Of a DNA stretch of 64,000 nt, positions 22,123-33,521 are shown one piece after another (the first letter of the stretch is position 1; each line of letters opens with the position of its first letter). A program made the translations under genes and the position numbers. The notes below the pieces were generated by a model. The model did no database searches. It was not told the DNA's origin and worked only from the letters and a program-made list of their open reading frames with translations. Source of the stretch: Cyanidioschyzon merolae (lineage: Eukaryota); the NCBI GenBank assembly GCA_000091205.1, contig AP006486.2; one strand, given 5' to 3'.

Positions 22123-25100
22123 CGTTGCAAAGCGGCGTGCTCTGGTCCGTACCGGACATGTGTATACTTTCGCCGTTGTTTCCGCTCGAACGAACGCCGG
22201 TGTCCAGTCAGGCTCCAATAGACAATCGAAAAGCGGATTTTCTGGGTTTTCATGCGCTGCAACGAGTTGCATGTCGGTGGAGCGCTTGCTCGTAAGAACG
22301 TTCCCTCCATGGGCTCCGAGTGTTTGCCGTTTCTCCGGTTTTTATAGGAGAAACGCCGACCGATGATGACGCGGGCGGCTGAGCTCTGGCTGAAGAAGGT
22401 TCCAGCTTGCCTTTACGCAACGGCAGATTCCTGTAAACCTGCATATGGTGCTTTGTCGCAGCTTGTGCTCCGTGAGGACGAATACTTGGCGTCCACTTGT
22501 TTACAGCGGGAACAGAGTAGAGTTTTTCGGGAGGACTCACGAGGCATTCCTGTGGGACGCTCGTGCCAGGCGCCTGCTATACATACACCTGATCCAGATC
22601 TGATGTCAAAATACTTGGCGTCATCAAGTTAAAAAAGTATTAGAACCATCTTCGAATATCTTCAGCTGTGTCTCGTTATCGCTATGAAACTCGGCGGTAT
22701 ATTGGTGCACTGGGCGAGGGTTGGCGTCGTGTGGGTACGCTTCGCAACGCTTGGTATTGCTGGATATACAGGTAATGCGTACGAAAAACCAACGCTATCG
22801 TTCACGCTTTTGCTCCAGAGGATGCGAAATGTATGCTCTTGCTGACACGCTCTTTGAGGGTGCGCTGCGAGCGCGCTTCGAGGCGTCTCCGGGCGCATAC
22901 GCTCGCTGCACTATTGCTGCCTGCTCTGCTTGGTTATTCGTAGAGAAGTGAATGTTGGTATACCTGCACCAGATCAAGTTTTTGTTTGTTGTTCCGACAG
23001 GTATTCACAAAAAGAACGTATCCAGTGCATTGGGGAGAGGTTGTGAAAACACGTTATGGGGGCATTTCTAGTAAGCGAGAAACGATCTTGCTAGGTTGAG
23101 TCGCTCATCCGACGGTCAGCAGGCACGGTGAACCACTCTTCTCTTGATCCTTGTTTTGAACGACATGCACGCATAAGAGAATGGATGAAACGCTGCCTGC
23201 ACGACTGACTTGTCGTCCATTCATTCCAGTTTATACATTAAGGAAGAAAAACCGACAGAGGGGCCGCAAGTTGCGATATTTCCGCTCGGTTGGAGCGAAG
23301 GGCGATGAAGACAACCCGATGGACAAAGAAGCATATGGGCTTTGATGGAAGATCATCATGCATTGAGCAACAAACCCTCGATTCCGTACTGGAAAGCGAA
23401 CGCGTTTCACGGGAAGCAATAGAGCTCATCTCAGTGGATCCGGTTTCATTTGGGCGCAATGGTAGACACGTATATGAAAAGCCGGAGAGCTACAAGCCGA
23501 TGTTCGTAAATAATCGAGTGGCGACCATGCTGACAATATCAGTCTTCGATGCGACGCAGTCGTGTGGGTCCCCAAAGTCACCAAACCTACGGGATCGTTG
23601 AACACGTCATGATTCTTCGAAGCATGTCGTGGCTCCTTATTAGCATATTCTTTTACCGTGCTCCTGGACAAAGCCACTCTCCATCACTCAACACCTAACA
23701 TGGCATATACAACTGAGATCGGCGTTGAGCTGCGCTTCGTACCAGCCGATCGTTGCTTGGTCAGTCGAGTCGGCGTCATCTTCACAGTGATAAAAATGTC
23801 ATTTTGACGCTGGTAGATACTTAGATGATCCGTCTGCGTCTTGGCGGCACTGTTTGACAAGTCGTTCTCTACCTTTACCAGCACTGAACAGCTCTTTTGG
23901 TACAATCCTGGTGCGGATTAGTGACCGGAACGGCGTGATTTGCTTCGTTGGCGAGCTCACCGGGAACCAGGTAACGCAAATGGCGCTGAAGAGAAGTAGA
24001 CACGTACGTTGAAGAGGCTCATCCTGGTCCAAGCGTCGACCAAGTGCATCTGAATTCAGATGGAAAAACGGGTAAAGAGTCGAGGGACTATATCCATGGT
24101 ACTCTGTCAGGTAGAGGAAAGACGAAGAGGGAGCTGGTCTCTGCGAGCACGTATGCATCATTCGAACAACACCGCAAAGTGCACTGGCGGTGCTTGATCA
24201 AGGCTTCTCGTTTATCGGCAGGTAAAGAACAGACGGTTCCACGTTCCATGGAGACCAATGGCGATCCGGTCGACCTGCGCATCCTGGAACCCAGACCAGA
24301 ATAGAGCAACGAGTCTCACATTCAATCGTTCAAGATTGATAAAGGGACATATTTTGAGTAGTGCGCGGATCCCCGGAAGAAAGTCATCATAGCTGACGAT
24401 CTACCTCCATATCAGGCAGATGAAGCCAATTTCTTCAACGGAAGGCGGTTGCAGGGACTGAGATCTCCCAGGGCGCAGTCCTTTGATGATGTTGGTATGA
24501 TGGACGCCACGGGGCATACGAAAATGGAAACTAACAGCGTCAGGCCAAATCTCTACGCGCTGAGTACTGTATTGGGCCGAGGGAAGTACCTAGGACGCTT
24601 CATCCAGAAAGACGACGTGAGCACCCGACTGGCTCATGCAGAAGATCTCTGGCTGGAGTACAAGAAACCAGGCTGATGACGCCAGTGGCTGCGGTTCCAC
24701 AGAGGTATGGAACGTGCGTTAACCCATTTTTCCAATGATTTGGAAATGCTGCGTCGTTCTGTAATAGCCTGCGGCGCTGAACGTGCCGAAACGCGCCCTC
24801 GCAGTACTCCTCGTCCGCCAACGCCAATGCCAACGCTTAGCGAGTGCTGGAATCGATGCGGTGCGGGCAGCTCCGATGTGCACTTGATGACATCCAAGCA
24901 TCACAAGCGCGGGTACATGCTGAAACGGATGGAGAAGAAAGCCGTGAATCAAAGCCGAATGTACGGTAAGCAAACTGTACGTGACGCAGCGAGACAATGG
25001 CAAGTGAGAGGCTTGCCATGCTGTGAATCGCCAGTAACCAGTCCCGAAAGCACACGCTTCACCGAAGTTAGGGTCCCACGAACAACATCCATGACAGAAG

Positions 25101-25552
25101 CATCGTGCCGGGGCATGAAGCGGCTTCGTGTCGAACACAGTTTCCAGGGTATCGTTGCCTACGCTGTATCGAGCAGCATTTCAAAACGCCGACGACTTTC
25201 GATGAACAAACACCCAATGGTCGCAAGGCAAGGGTTACGTCTCCTACCTTGATGAATCCACCGATACCGTACGTCCAGCAGTCTGCAAAGTGAGAGGCCT
25301 CATCTCCGAGCACACTGGGAACGATCTTCCTCTCCAAGCGTTGAACGATCCCAGTGCTCTATTCTAATTGTTTGCGTCCGAGTATCAGCTATGCGCTTCC
25401 TTCTGCATCCCAGAATCAATGAAATAAAACACGAGCGTTTACGCGTTGTCGATGAAATCCTCCTCGTGCTCCTCTTACTCGCTCAGTCTCAATGCGCTTT
25501 CTCGACACATCCGCCGCCTGCTGAATCACACACAAAATGCGTGCATCGACAA

Positions 25553-25709
25553 GCACGCACGCACGCACGCACGCATGCACGCATGCACGCATGCATACCG
25601 CACAGACACAGCATGCGTGCATGCGCGGCAACGGTGGTTAATGACGGCGGTGGTGCGTTTTGTGCAGTGCGTTTGCGCTTATTCGAACGCTTGTGTGTGT
25701 GTGTGTGTG
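25553..25709. repeat. GC-rich microsatellite cluster: (GCAC/GCAT)n at ~25553-25596 and (GT)9 at 25692-25709
   Basis: Simple-sequence runs visible in the sequence, just upstream of the FHA/SANT gene. Confidence 0.85.
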
Positions 25710-25808
25710 GAGGACGCAACGGTTGCAGTACCTGAAACCTGCATCCTTGCTACTGGGGGTTTTACGTCCAAGTAGAGACTCTGGTGTAGAACAAAACGCA
25801 CCTCGTGG

Positions 25809-28800
25809 ATGACGATGCGGGACGAGGGTGCGGAGCGCGCTGCCTCCGAGGAGGCAGCCCTCGAGGCACACCCAGTGCAGCCCGGCCCTTCCGGTGGTTA
25901 CGCGAAACTTTTCCTGAAGGCTTTTGATCCTGATACAGGGCAGACCACTTCAAGAGAGTATGTTATTCGAAAGCTGGTTGTCTCTTTGGGTCGGAGCACA
26001 GCGCCGGATCCGGAGCGGGCGTTTGAAGCCGCAGCGGAGGGTGTCGACCTCGGAGCCGGCTTCTCGAGCAAGCTCTCGCGACGACACGCTACGATTCAGT
26101 GGAATGCAGATCAGCAACGCTTCGAAGTTGTCTGCAATGGTAAGAACGGGATTCTAGTGGTGCACGCGGACACATATCGTCAGTTGCGACCGGGAGACGC
26201 GGCGGAGCCGTTAGATTCCTACTCCACGATCTTGCTCGGCGATTGCCTTGTGGTGTTCGTTTTACCCAAGGCGACGCATGTGCTGCCTGGGGTAGCGGCA
26301 GTTACAGCGGGCGTCACAGCATCGCCGACAAGTGACCCTGCCGTGCAGCGCCTAGCTCCCAGTCGAGCCGGGCTGCAACGAGTCGGGGCTGCACGATCAT
26401 CCAGTGCGCCTTTGGCACGCGATTTTCAGCGGATTCGTGTTCGATGGAATAAATCGGACCAAGAGGCGCTGCTGCGAGGCCTTATGCGATTCGGGTATGG
26501 TCGGTGGAAGGAGATCCTCCAGCATGCAGAGAGTGGGCGGCTGGACCGCAAACCGCTTGATGAGCTGATCATCATGGCCCGTCGGATGGTGATCATGGCT
26601 GCTCTACATGCGGTTGGACCGGAGAATCGAGCGATGCTGCGGATTCTCGCGAGTTCTGGTGAAGGCACACGGGGCAGTGGCTCAGCGGCCGCTGCGTCCC
26701 AACAGCGTGAGCTCGAGCAGGAGGTTTCTTCAGTTGCAGCGGGACTGTCTGATACCAAGACGGAGAGACGCAAGTACGTGCGCTGGGCACGGCGTTTCCG
26801 TCTCCTGCATCGGATTGAGCGCATCGTTCAAAACGCGGCTGTGATGCAGCGGATCGAAGAGGGTGATTTAGACATATCTGGCAAACCGCCTGCTGATTGC
26901 TGGGGCCCGATCGACGATGCAGATTTGCTCCGTGGCGTCTACAAGCTTGGATTCGGAGACTTTCACCGCCTCTGGGAAGAGCCTACGCTGCATTTTCGGG
27001 AGCGCTACAGAGCGCCCGTCACCGCCTCAGCGCCGCAAGTGGAAGAGGACACCCGCTCAGACGCACAGGCAGCACGGACAGGCGAACCATTTGAGGGCTC
27101 GGAAGCGTCCTCCCGCGAGGCTGAACATGACGAGCAGCGAAACCTATTGCCAACTGTTGGCGAGTGTGCTTCGCCATCCAAGAAGAGTTCTGTGGCGGCC
27201 TCAACAGCGGAGACACCGGAAGCTGACGTATCACTCAGCAACAATGAAGCTTCGCTCACGGAAGCAGCATCACTCGGGGGCGGTAGCCCGGCTGACGATT
27301 TAGGGATCTTTGCCGTCGACAAGTCGCAGCGTCCGGAATCGACGAGCAGAGATGAGCGCACGCCGTTTCCGAGCTCGGTAGAACTCATTCGCCGTCTGCG
27401 CATTGTTGTGAACAGAGTGGCGCGTCTTATCGAGCCTCGCAACAAAGAGGAGGCGCAACTGGCCACACCAGCCGCATTCGCCCCTGAATGGCCTGGCAAC
27501 GAGGACGCAGTTCTCGCCCGCGACTGCACCACCAGTGTGAAGCGACTAGCGGTATCGCGCATCGCACGGCAACAAGCGCTCCTAACACCCAAGCCGGATG
27601 CGCTCACGAAAAATGATTTAATGATGGACGCAGCGAGTCTGGAATGGGCCCGGGGCCGACTCGAAAAGGCCCAACGGTTCAACCGAAGGCAAGTTAAGGA
27701 GTTTGAGCGCGCGCTTGTGAATTACGGACTCGACTACTTGCCCACAGAGAGACCCGATGATCCTCATGGCATCGTTCATGACTGGCTGCGCTTTGTTCGT
27801 CGCTGTCCATTTGTTCAATACATGCTCCCGGAGACGCTAGAAGAGTACTATATTGACTTTGTCCGCGAGTGTTATCGAGTCTTGGCCACTGACCCGGCCG
27901 AATCACCGCAGCGGAAGAGTGCTGAACCAGCAGGCAGTGAAGACGACGACGACCACGACGACGACCACGACGAAGAACGCACTCCGAACGAGAGCGCCGC
28001 TGCGGCCCCCGAGCCGCCCTCCGCCGCCGTTGTCGCCGAGCACAGTACGCTGGCGCCTAGTGCTGACACCGTTGCGAACGCTTCCAGTTCGTCCAATCGT
28101 TACGCATCGGCCAGCCCCGAGGCCAGTATTGACCCCGCCATGTTAGAGAGAGCGCGTGACTTTCCACCATCGACGCTCTTTCCTAATCTGGATCGCAAGC
28201 GCGCCCGCAAGGCGCTCGTTCGACTGCATCTGTTTCGGGTTCTTCGGTTGTATGTTCTCGCGTTACCGGCCAAGTCGCTTGCCGATCTCATACAGAGTTT
28301 GGGTTCGGTGAAACTGCCCCAGTCGTCAGCGGGCGAGTTGCCGGTCTGGTGGCGACCTGTTCACGATCGTGCGCTTCTGTACGGCATCGATCGCCATGGT
28401 CTGGGTCAGGGTGCCTTTGAACAAATCGCACAGGATCATGAGCTGGGATTCCCTCAATCCATAGAGTCCTACTGTGCTGCACAGACGTTCGAGGGCGCTC
28501 AGGTGTTGCGAATGCAGCTGGGCTTTCCTCGAGTGCATGCAGCCCTGCGTCGAGCGCGAGCTGTCATGGACTGGATCTGTGCTGCGTTACAGGCGCGCCC
28601 GCTGCCCACCGAGACCAGTCTGTACGATGATGAGGCGCGCGATGCGGCGCTTGCACGAGCGCAACGAATTGGCACAGAATCCAAGTGGATGGAGCGCCTC
28701 CTGTATCAGTTCTTGGCAGAAAACAACGTGCCGGTAAGACTGCAGCGGACTGCACCGACTGGTCAGTCGAACGCCACGTCTGGACAAGATGCCGCGAATG

Positions 28801-29627
28801 ACTCAGCGGAGGTGGCAGCTGCAACGACGACTAAGAGTGCCGCGATCGCTTGCGCGGACGATCAAGCATTGCATCGTTTAGAGCAGCCAGCGAGCAATGT
28901 GCACGCCGACTCCTCGTCAGAGCCGATGAGTGGATCGGTGCATTCGTCGGTGCAACACGTGAAAGGTCGCCCGCGTATCTTCGAGACGCTCAGAATTCTC
29001 GGCTTCATCACTAGGCGAATGCCAGGTGCGCCCGGGCAAGTGCGAGAGCTCACGCAACCCGTTGATCTCGGCAACGGCCTGGTACTGCTCTCGCTGGGAA
29101 CGTTGCCGTCGCCGTCTTCCATGGCACTTGCACCGGCGTCATCGGCGTCCACGGACGACAGTCTGCAACTCCTGGTTCCGTGCGGGTTCCGCTCGGTGCG
29201 CCAGCTGCAAGCATCAGGTCACTGGTATGAAACGCAAGTCGATTTGGCATCGACGAGCGACGCTGAGGCCTCCTACCTGTACCGGGTACGGCAAGTGGAG
29301 TTCGTGCCGCCTCCTGCAATCGGTTCAAGCGCTGCCTCGGTTGCGAGCAGGGATTGGATTGCACCCGTAGAGGGCGGCTTTGATGCAATGAGCTCGAATC
29401 TCAACACCCTGTGGATCCGAGTACTGAACAGTACCACGGAGACCGGGCTAGCAGCGGGGACAGCCTCGTTCGTCACCCTGGTGAGCGGTGTCGAGCGCGC
29501 CGGTCTTGCAGATCCGCTCGTGCAGCGCTACTTGCAGGCACTGGTGCCCACTGAGGAGCACGCTGACCCGCCGTCATCGCTCCGGGATGATGCGTTGCCG
29601 CCGCAGCTCTCGACTACATCCGATTAG
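25809..29627 (+). CDS. Large nuclear-type protein with an N-terminal FHA domain and three SANT/Myb-like repeats; contains an acidic D/H-rich tract and Ala/Ser-rich low-complexity regions
   Basis: FHA-like block: VSLGRSTAPDPE...VDLG...SRRHATIQWNADQQRFEVVCNGKNGILV. Three W...LL.G....G.G.W-type repeats: RVRWNKSDQEALLRGLMRFGYGRWKEI, CWGPIDDADLLRGVYKLGFGDFHRLW, WWRPVHDRALLYGIDRHGLGQGAFEQI. Uninterrupted 1272-aa ORF. A (GAC)n tract encodes DDDDHDDDHDEE. Confidence 0.7.
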   Translation: MTMRDEGAERAASEEAALEAHPVQPGPSGGYAKLFLKAFDPDTGQTTSREYVIRKLVVSLGRSTAPDPERAFEAAAEGVDLGAGFSSKLSRRHATIQWNADQQRFEVVCNGKNGILVVHADTYRQLRPGDAAEPLDSYSTILLGDCLVVFVLPKATHVLPGVAAVTAGVTASPTSDPAVQRLAPSRAGLQRVGAARSSSAPLARDFQRIRVRWNKSDQEALLRGLMRFGYGRWKEILQHAESGRLDRKPLDELIIMARRMVIMAALHAVGPENRAMLRILASSGEGTRGSGSAAAASQQRELEQEVSSVAAGLSDTKTERRKYVRWARRFRLLHRIERIVQNAAVMQRIEEGDLDISGKPPADCWGPIDDADLLRGVYKLGFGDFHRLWEEPTLHFRERYRAPVTASAPQVEEDTRSDAQAARTGEPFEGSEASSREAEHDEQRNLLPTVGECASPSKKSSVAASTAETPEADVSLSNNEASLTEAASLGGGSPADDLGIFAVDKSQRPESTSRDERTPFPSSVELIRRLRIVVNRVARLIEPRNKEEAQLATPAAFAPEWPGNEDAVLARDCTTSVKRLAVSRIARQQALLTPKPDALTKNDLMMDAASLEWARGRLEKAQRFNRRQVKEFERALVNYGLDYLPTERPDDPHGIVHDWLRFVRRCPFVQYMLPETLEEYYIDFVRECYRVLATDPAESPQRKSAEPAGSEDDDDHDDDHDEERTPNESAAAAPEPPSAAVVAEHSTLAPSADTVANASSSSNRYASASPEASIDPAMLERARDFPPSTLFPNLDRKRARKALVRLHLFRVLRLYVLALPAKSLADLIQSLGSVKLPQSSAGELPVWWRPVHDRALLYGIDRHGLGQGAFEQIAQDHELGFPQSIESYCAAQTFEGAQVLRMQLGFPRVHAALRRARAVMDWICAALQARPLPTETSLYDDEARDAALARAQRIGTESKWMERLLYQFLAENNVPVRLQRTAPTGQSNATSGQDAANDSAEVAAATTTKSAAIACADDQALHRLEQPASNVHADSSSEPMSGSVHSSVQHVKGRPRIFETLRILGFITRRMPGAPGQVRELTQPVDLGNGLVLLSLGTLPSPSSMALAPASSASTDDSLQLLVPCGFRSVRQLQASGHWYETQVDLASTSDAEASYLYRVRQVEFVPPPAIGSSAASVASRDWIAPVEGGFDAMSSNLNTLWIRVLNSTTETGLAAGTASFVTLVSGVERAGLADPLVQRYLQALVPTEEHADPPSSLRDDALPPQLSTTSD

Positions 29628-30671
29628 ATGGGCATCGTCAGAGTCTGCATGGCGTCTTGGCGGCAACGGCAGTAGCATTCGTTTCGCCCGAGTCCGCGGG
29701 AATGCCGCACACACGTACCCGACTTGATCGATATGCGCATGTCACCAGCGGAGGAGGATACCATGGTACTCGCGTGCAAGCGTCGTGGTACCCATGTGGA
29801 TCCAGGTGCAGTTGCTTGTCACTGGATTCATGTCTCGTGACGGCGTTCCGGTGCCTGCAAGCTGCCTCGTCGCATATCGGATCCACAGCCGATACGTCTG
29901 TTCCCGTGTCGGGTGCATTTCTGGGAATGCATCGCCTGGGTGCTTGTTTCCGCTGCAGCGCTGCGCTCGAACTCGATATGAACTAGCGCACTGGTATGCT
30001 GCCTGCATACCTGGTATGGATTCAGGGGTTTCCCGCGAACACCCCGGTATCCGTATAAAGACAGGCGTTTGTTCCATGGATAACCAGCAATTGGAATACA
30101 CGATACTTTACGCGTCAATTGGCTCGTGCTGCGTTCCTGGGTACGCACTAGATTCATAAACGCTGCTCTACGTGAATGCATAAGCGTCGGGTCACTGGAG
30201 CGCACCTCTCGAGCTAGTACCAGTAGAACTGGAGAATGAACATGAATCACCGCATCAGGCACCCGATACGATGTCTATGGCGCAAGGATGCTGTCGAGCA
30301 CATCGTGAATTTTCAAATCACGTTTTGTCGCCATAATAAAAATACTCGCAATCCAGTATTCGAGACGATGCTCGGTGACCTTTATTGGCATCTGGAGCAC
30401 GCCGTAGCGTCCCGGACGGATATAGGCGCCACAGAGCGTCATGTGCGTCAGCAGCTGCAGCAACTGCTGCTGCTCATGGGCCACCTCACGAAACATGATA
30501 TCTATGGGCGTTCGGCGAGACGCGGGATGCTCGTTATCACGACAGGCTACGATCCTGTCCAGCACGGCAGTGACTTGGACTGAATCGAATCGAACCGATG
30601 TGCTGTCGATCGCTGGACTACCCATGGAAAGCGTGAAAACATGACAAGCCCCGCGTCGCACTGACATGGCG

Positions 30672-32522
30672 TCACCGATCACTCAGATGCGCGGCATCGC
30701 TATCTTCGAACGCACTACTGGTGGAGGAGTCGGAATTGCGCGCGTTCTTGCGTCGTCCTGGAGCCACAGGCAACGTCACGCTAGAAAACAGTGAGGTCGG
30801 GATCGAAGCCTCCGCAAGCGCTGCACCCGGAAATGCAAAGAGCGCCGCGACCGGTGCAGGCGGTGGTCGCAACGCCTGCACCAACCGACTTGTTAGAAAG
30901 CGCTCCACGGCGAGCATGCGGATTCTTTGCAAGGAGCCGGGCCGCTGATGTGTCGCAGCCAAAGCTGCCTGCAGTTGTTGTCTGCGGCGCTTACTCGTAA
31001 CCAGCACTGTTTCAAGGCTCTTTGCTTCGTCCAGATGTACGGTGGTTGTTTCAGCTGCTGTTGGACAAGCTGTTGTTCTGGTCTGTTCTCTCGATGATGA
31101 CCTCGACGTCGGAGCTGCAGCAGGCATGGACGCTGGCGGCGAGTCGCGAGCTTCGTTCGAGTTGCAGCTTGGTTGCAGGACGGAAGCGGGTTCCAGTATC
31201 CATCCCTCTAAGACAGCGTCTTTCCATACACGAGAGAGCACCAGGAGCTGGTCACGCGAGGCATGCGCCAGCGCCGCTCGAAAATGCTGTTGCAGCGTGT
31301 GATCATTCTTGAATTCGGAGCGCATCAAATGGGCTTGAAGCGCAAGCGGCGTAAGTGACATTTCCAGAATCGCACAGGTCTCCTGAAGCATCTCCCAAGC
31401 GGGCAAGAGATCAGCTATCCATGATGCATACATTTGTTGGCTCGATTCGAGTGCGGCCTGTGCATTTGGTTGCTCTACGAGGCGTGCCTGTACCCAACAG
31501 TACGCGTAACGAATCAGCTGCAGGAGGCCGGGGAAAGCGAGCCTTCCGCAGCGCAGCGCCTTATCAAGCATCATCAGTGCGGTAGCGTCGAAAAGCAGCG
31601 GTCCCGGAAGGAACAAACCATTTCCCATGATCGTTGATTCCAGGGGACGCATCAGCGACGGAATCCACATCGATTTCGTGTTGAAATGTGGACGTTCACG
31701 AACGGTTAGCAACTCATCAAGCACGGATTGCGTAAAGGCGTCCATGAGGGATGTTTTGGGACTAGATACGTTCACGGATTCTTGATCATCTCGCCGCGTT
31801 GCCGCAGAGTTTGCTGCTTCTGAGAACTGTGGTGACTGCTCTGATTTGCCCACAAAGCTCGGACCGAGAGCACTGTACAGTATGAATCGCGACGGAGTCG
31901 CAGATGACGATCGTGCTCCATTTGCGACAAAGTAGAGCACATCGCGAAGCTGCTGCGTCGCGGCGGTATCGGCCAGCACTGCGAGCAAGTCCACCACCAG
32001 GATGGAGACGGAATCGTTGCCAACATCCTCGAGAACACTGCGAACGCTCTGACATGGCCACAGATCCAGCCAGCGCCATCGCTGGGTGACTTGCTCTCGT
32101 AGTAACTCGTTCACGTCGGATCGATCACCGCCGAATATCAGCACCAGCGTATATGGATCAGTGAGTTCCTGGGCGAGTCGTTCACGCCAGCGCTGCAGTA
32201 GCTCACGCTTTTGACATTCGAGTTGAATTTGCCAGGACCGAAGCGGATGCCCCGTGCTCTGCAACGGAGCGAGCCATCCAAACAGCGCGGCATGCTCTGG
32301 TCCCAGCTCTACAATGTCCGGAGATGATGCCGGTTGCTCGGCATCGTGCAGATGCCGTCGCCGTCGAAGTGCATAGCGTTGTGTCGTTCTAGTCGTGGTG
32401 CCAGATTCATCCAAACCCAAGAATTCCCCAGTGAAGGAAGGACGAGCAAGCCAACGATATGGCTGAGTCAAAGCACGTACCTTACTAGGCGGAATCGCAT
32501 CGGGCAACGTTATCGACGACAT
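30672..32522 (-). CDS. Hypothetical protein (616 aa, largely alpha-helical composition, Ser/Ala-rich C-terminus)
   Basis: Long uninterrupted ORF that is very unlikely by chance at this GC content. No recognised domain. Confidence 0.55.
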   Translation of the reverse strand: MSSITLPDAIPPSKVRALTQPYRWLARPSFTGEFLGLDESGTTTRTTQRYALRRRRHLHDAEQPASSPDIVELGPEHAALFGWLAPLQSTGHPLRSWQIQLECQKRELLQRWRERLAQELTDPYTLVLIFGGDRSDVNELLREQVTQRWRWLDLWPCQSVRSVLEDVGNDSVSILVVDLLAVLADTAATQQLRDVLYFVANGARSSSATPSRFILYSALGPSFVGKSEQSPQFSEAANSAATRRDDQESVNVSSPKTSLMDAFTQSVLDELLTVRERPHFNTKSMWIPSLMRPLESTIMGNGLFLPGPLLFDATALMMLDKALRCGRLAFPGLLQLIRYAYCWVQARLVEQPNAQAALESSQQMYASWIADLLPAWEMLQETCAILEMSLTPLALQAHLMRSEFKNDHTLQQHFRAALAHASRDQLLVLSRVWKDAVLEGWILEPASVLQPSCNSNEARDSPPASMPAAAPTSRSSSREQTRTTACPTAAETTTVHLDEAKSLETVLVTSKRRRQQLQAALAATHQRPGSLQRIRMLAVERFLTSRLVQALRPPPAPVAALFAFPGAALAEASIPTSLFSSVTLPVAPGRRKNARNSDSSTSSAFEDSDAAHLSDR

Positions 32523-33233
32523 GAACGAGAAACCCTAGAACGCTTTCGACGGCTGGGCTGTATCTTCCGGTCGCAGCAAGTAGCGTTGAAACCGCTCCTA
32601 TCCCCGTTCCACGATAGACTGCAGTAGAGACTACCTTTGTAAAGACTGATCGCGCGACAACAACCCCCAAGCTTCTGGAAAACAGGGGCGGCAACCGGTG
32701 TGCGCTCGAAGAGCAGGCCAGGGGTATGCTTGCACTGCCCCGCTGAAGCTGCAGCGTCAAGCCTATGTGGACACTGGCCTACGAGGCAGATTGCCGTTGC
32801 TACTATTTAGAATAGCGGTTCCTGTACAGTTGCAAGCCTTGAGTGTGTACCAGGTCTTCGATAACAGCACGTCATCCCTATGAACCTGAAGTTCCCAGCA
32901 AGGACTGCAACGCCAACACATGCCTGTTGCGCACGCATCAGATGCCGATAGATGCAATGCGTGCACTTTTGGCGGGAATGAACGAAACTGAATATCACAG
33001 TACAATGTATACATAAGCGGACAGCCTCCGATGCATCACGCGGCTGCCGTGCGTGCTGCACTGCAGACACTCATTCCCCAGCGCCGAAACGCTGCTTCTT
33101 CGAGAGCGACGCGCTTTCAATCGAGTAACCGGAGGCTTTAGCCAGCGCTGCCGTGTGTGTCAAGCGCTCTTCGGGGAACGTTTCGCGTAGTTCACAGTTT
33201 CGGTGGAGGAGAAGACGGCTTTTTGCTTGCAGC

Positions 33234-33521
33234 ATGTCCGCGTCACGAGCCCAGTACGCTGGCTTTGCGGCCGTCCGCAACTCAGTGTATAACTTGTTCA
33301 TGCGTCGGTCCTCTGTGTTTGCGATTGTTATCGTGGCCCTGGGGTATGCTGGATCGGAGGCAATGAATAATTCAGTGGAGCGCGCTTGGGAGCGATACAA
33401 CAAAGGCAAGCTATGGAAACACCTCGAGGCTGAGGTGCGGGCGAAACAAGCCCAAGAGGCAGCCGCAGCTGTTGCGGCGGCGACGGCGTCGGACTCCGAA
33501 ACAGCTCAGACTGCGGACTGA
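33234..33521 (+). CDS. Cytochrome b-c1 complex subunit 9 (QCR9/UQCR10-like) with an Ala-rich C-terminal extension
   Basis: VYNLFMRRSSVFAIVIVALGYAGSEAMNNSVERAWERYNKGKLWKHL matches yeast QCR9 LYKTFFKRNAVFVGTIFAGAFVFQTVFDTAITSWYENHNKGKLWKDV, with NKGKLWK identical. Single TM helix. Start at the ATG at 33234. Confidence 0.55.
   Translation: MSASRAQYAGFAAVRNSVYNLFMRRSSVFAIVIVALGYAGSEAMNNSVERAWERYNKGKLWKHLEAEVRAKQAQEAAAAVAAATASDSETAQTAD

Noticed and set aside
21707-22366. 219-aa ORF containing RCERRCERRCER
   Set aside because: The repeat peptide comes from the 12-bp tandem repeat, and the remainder is low complexity with no domain.
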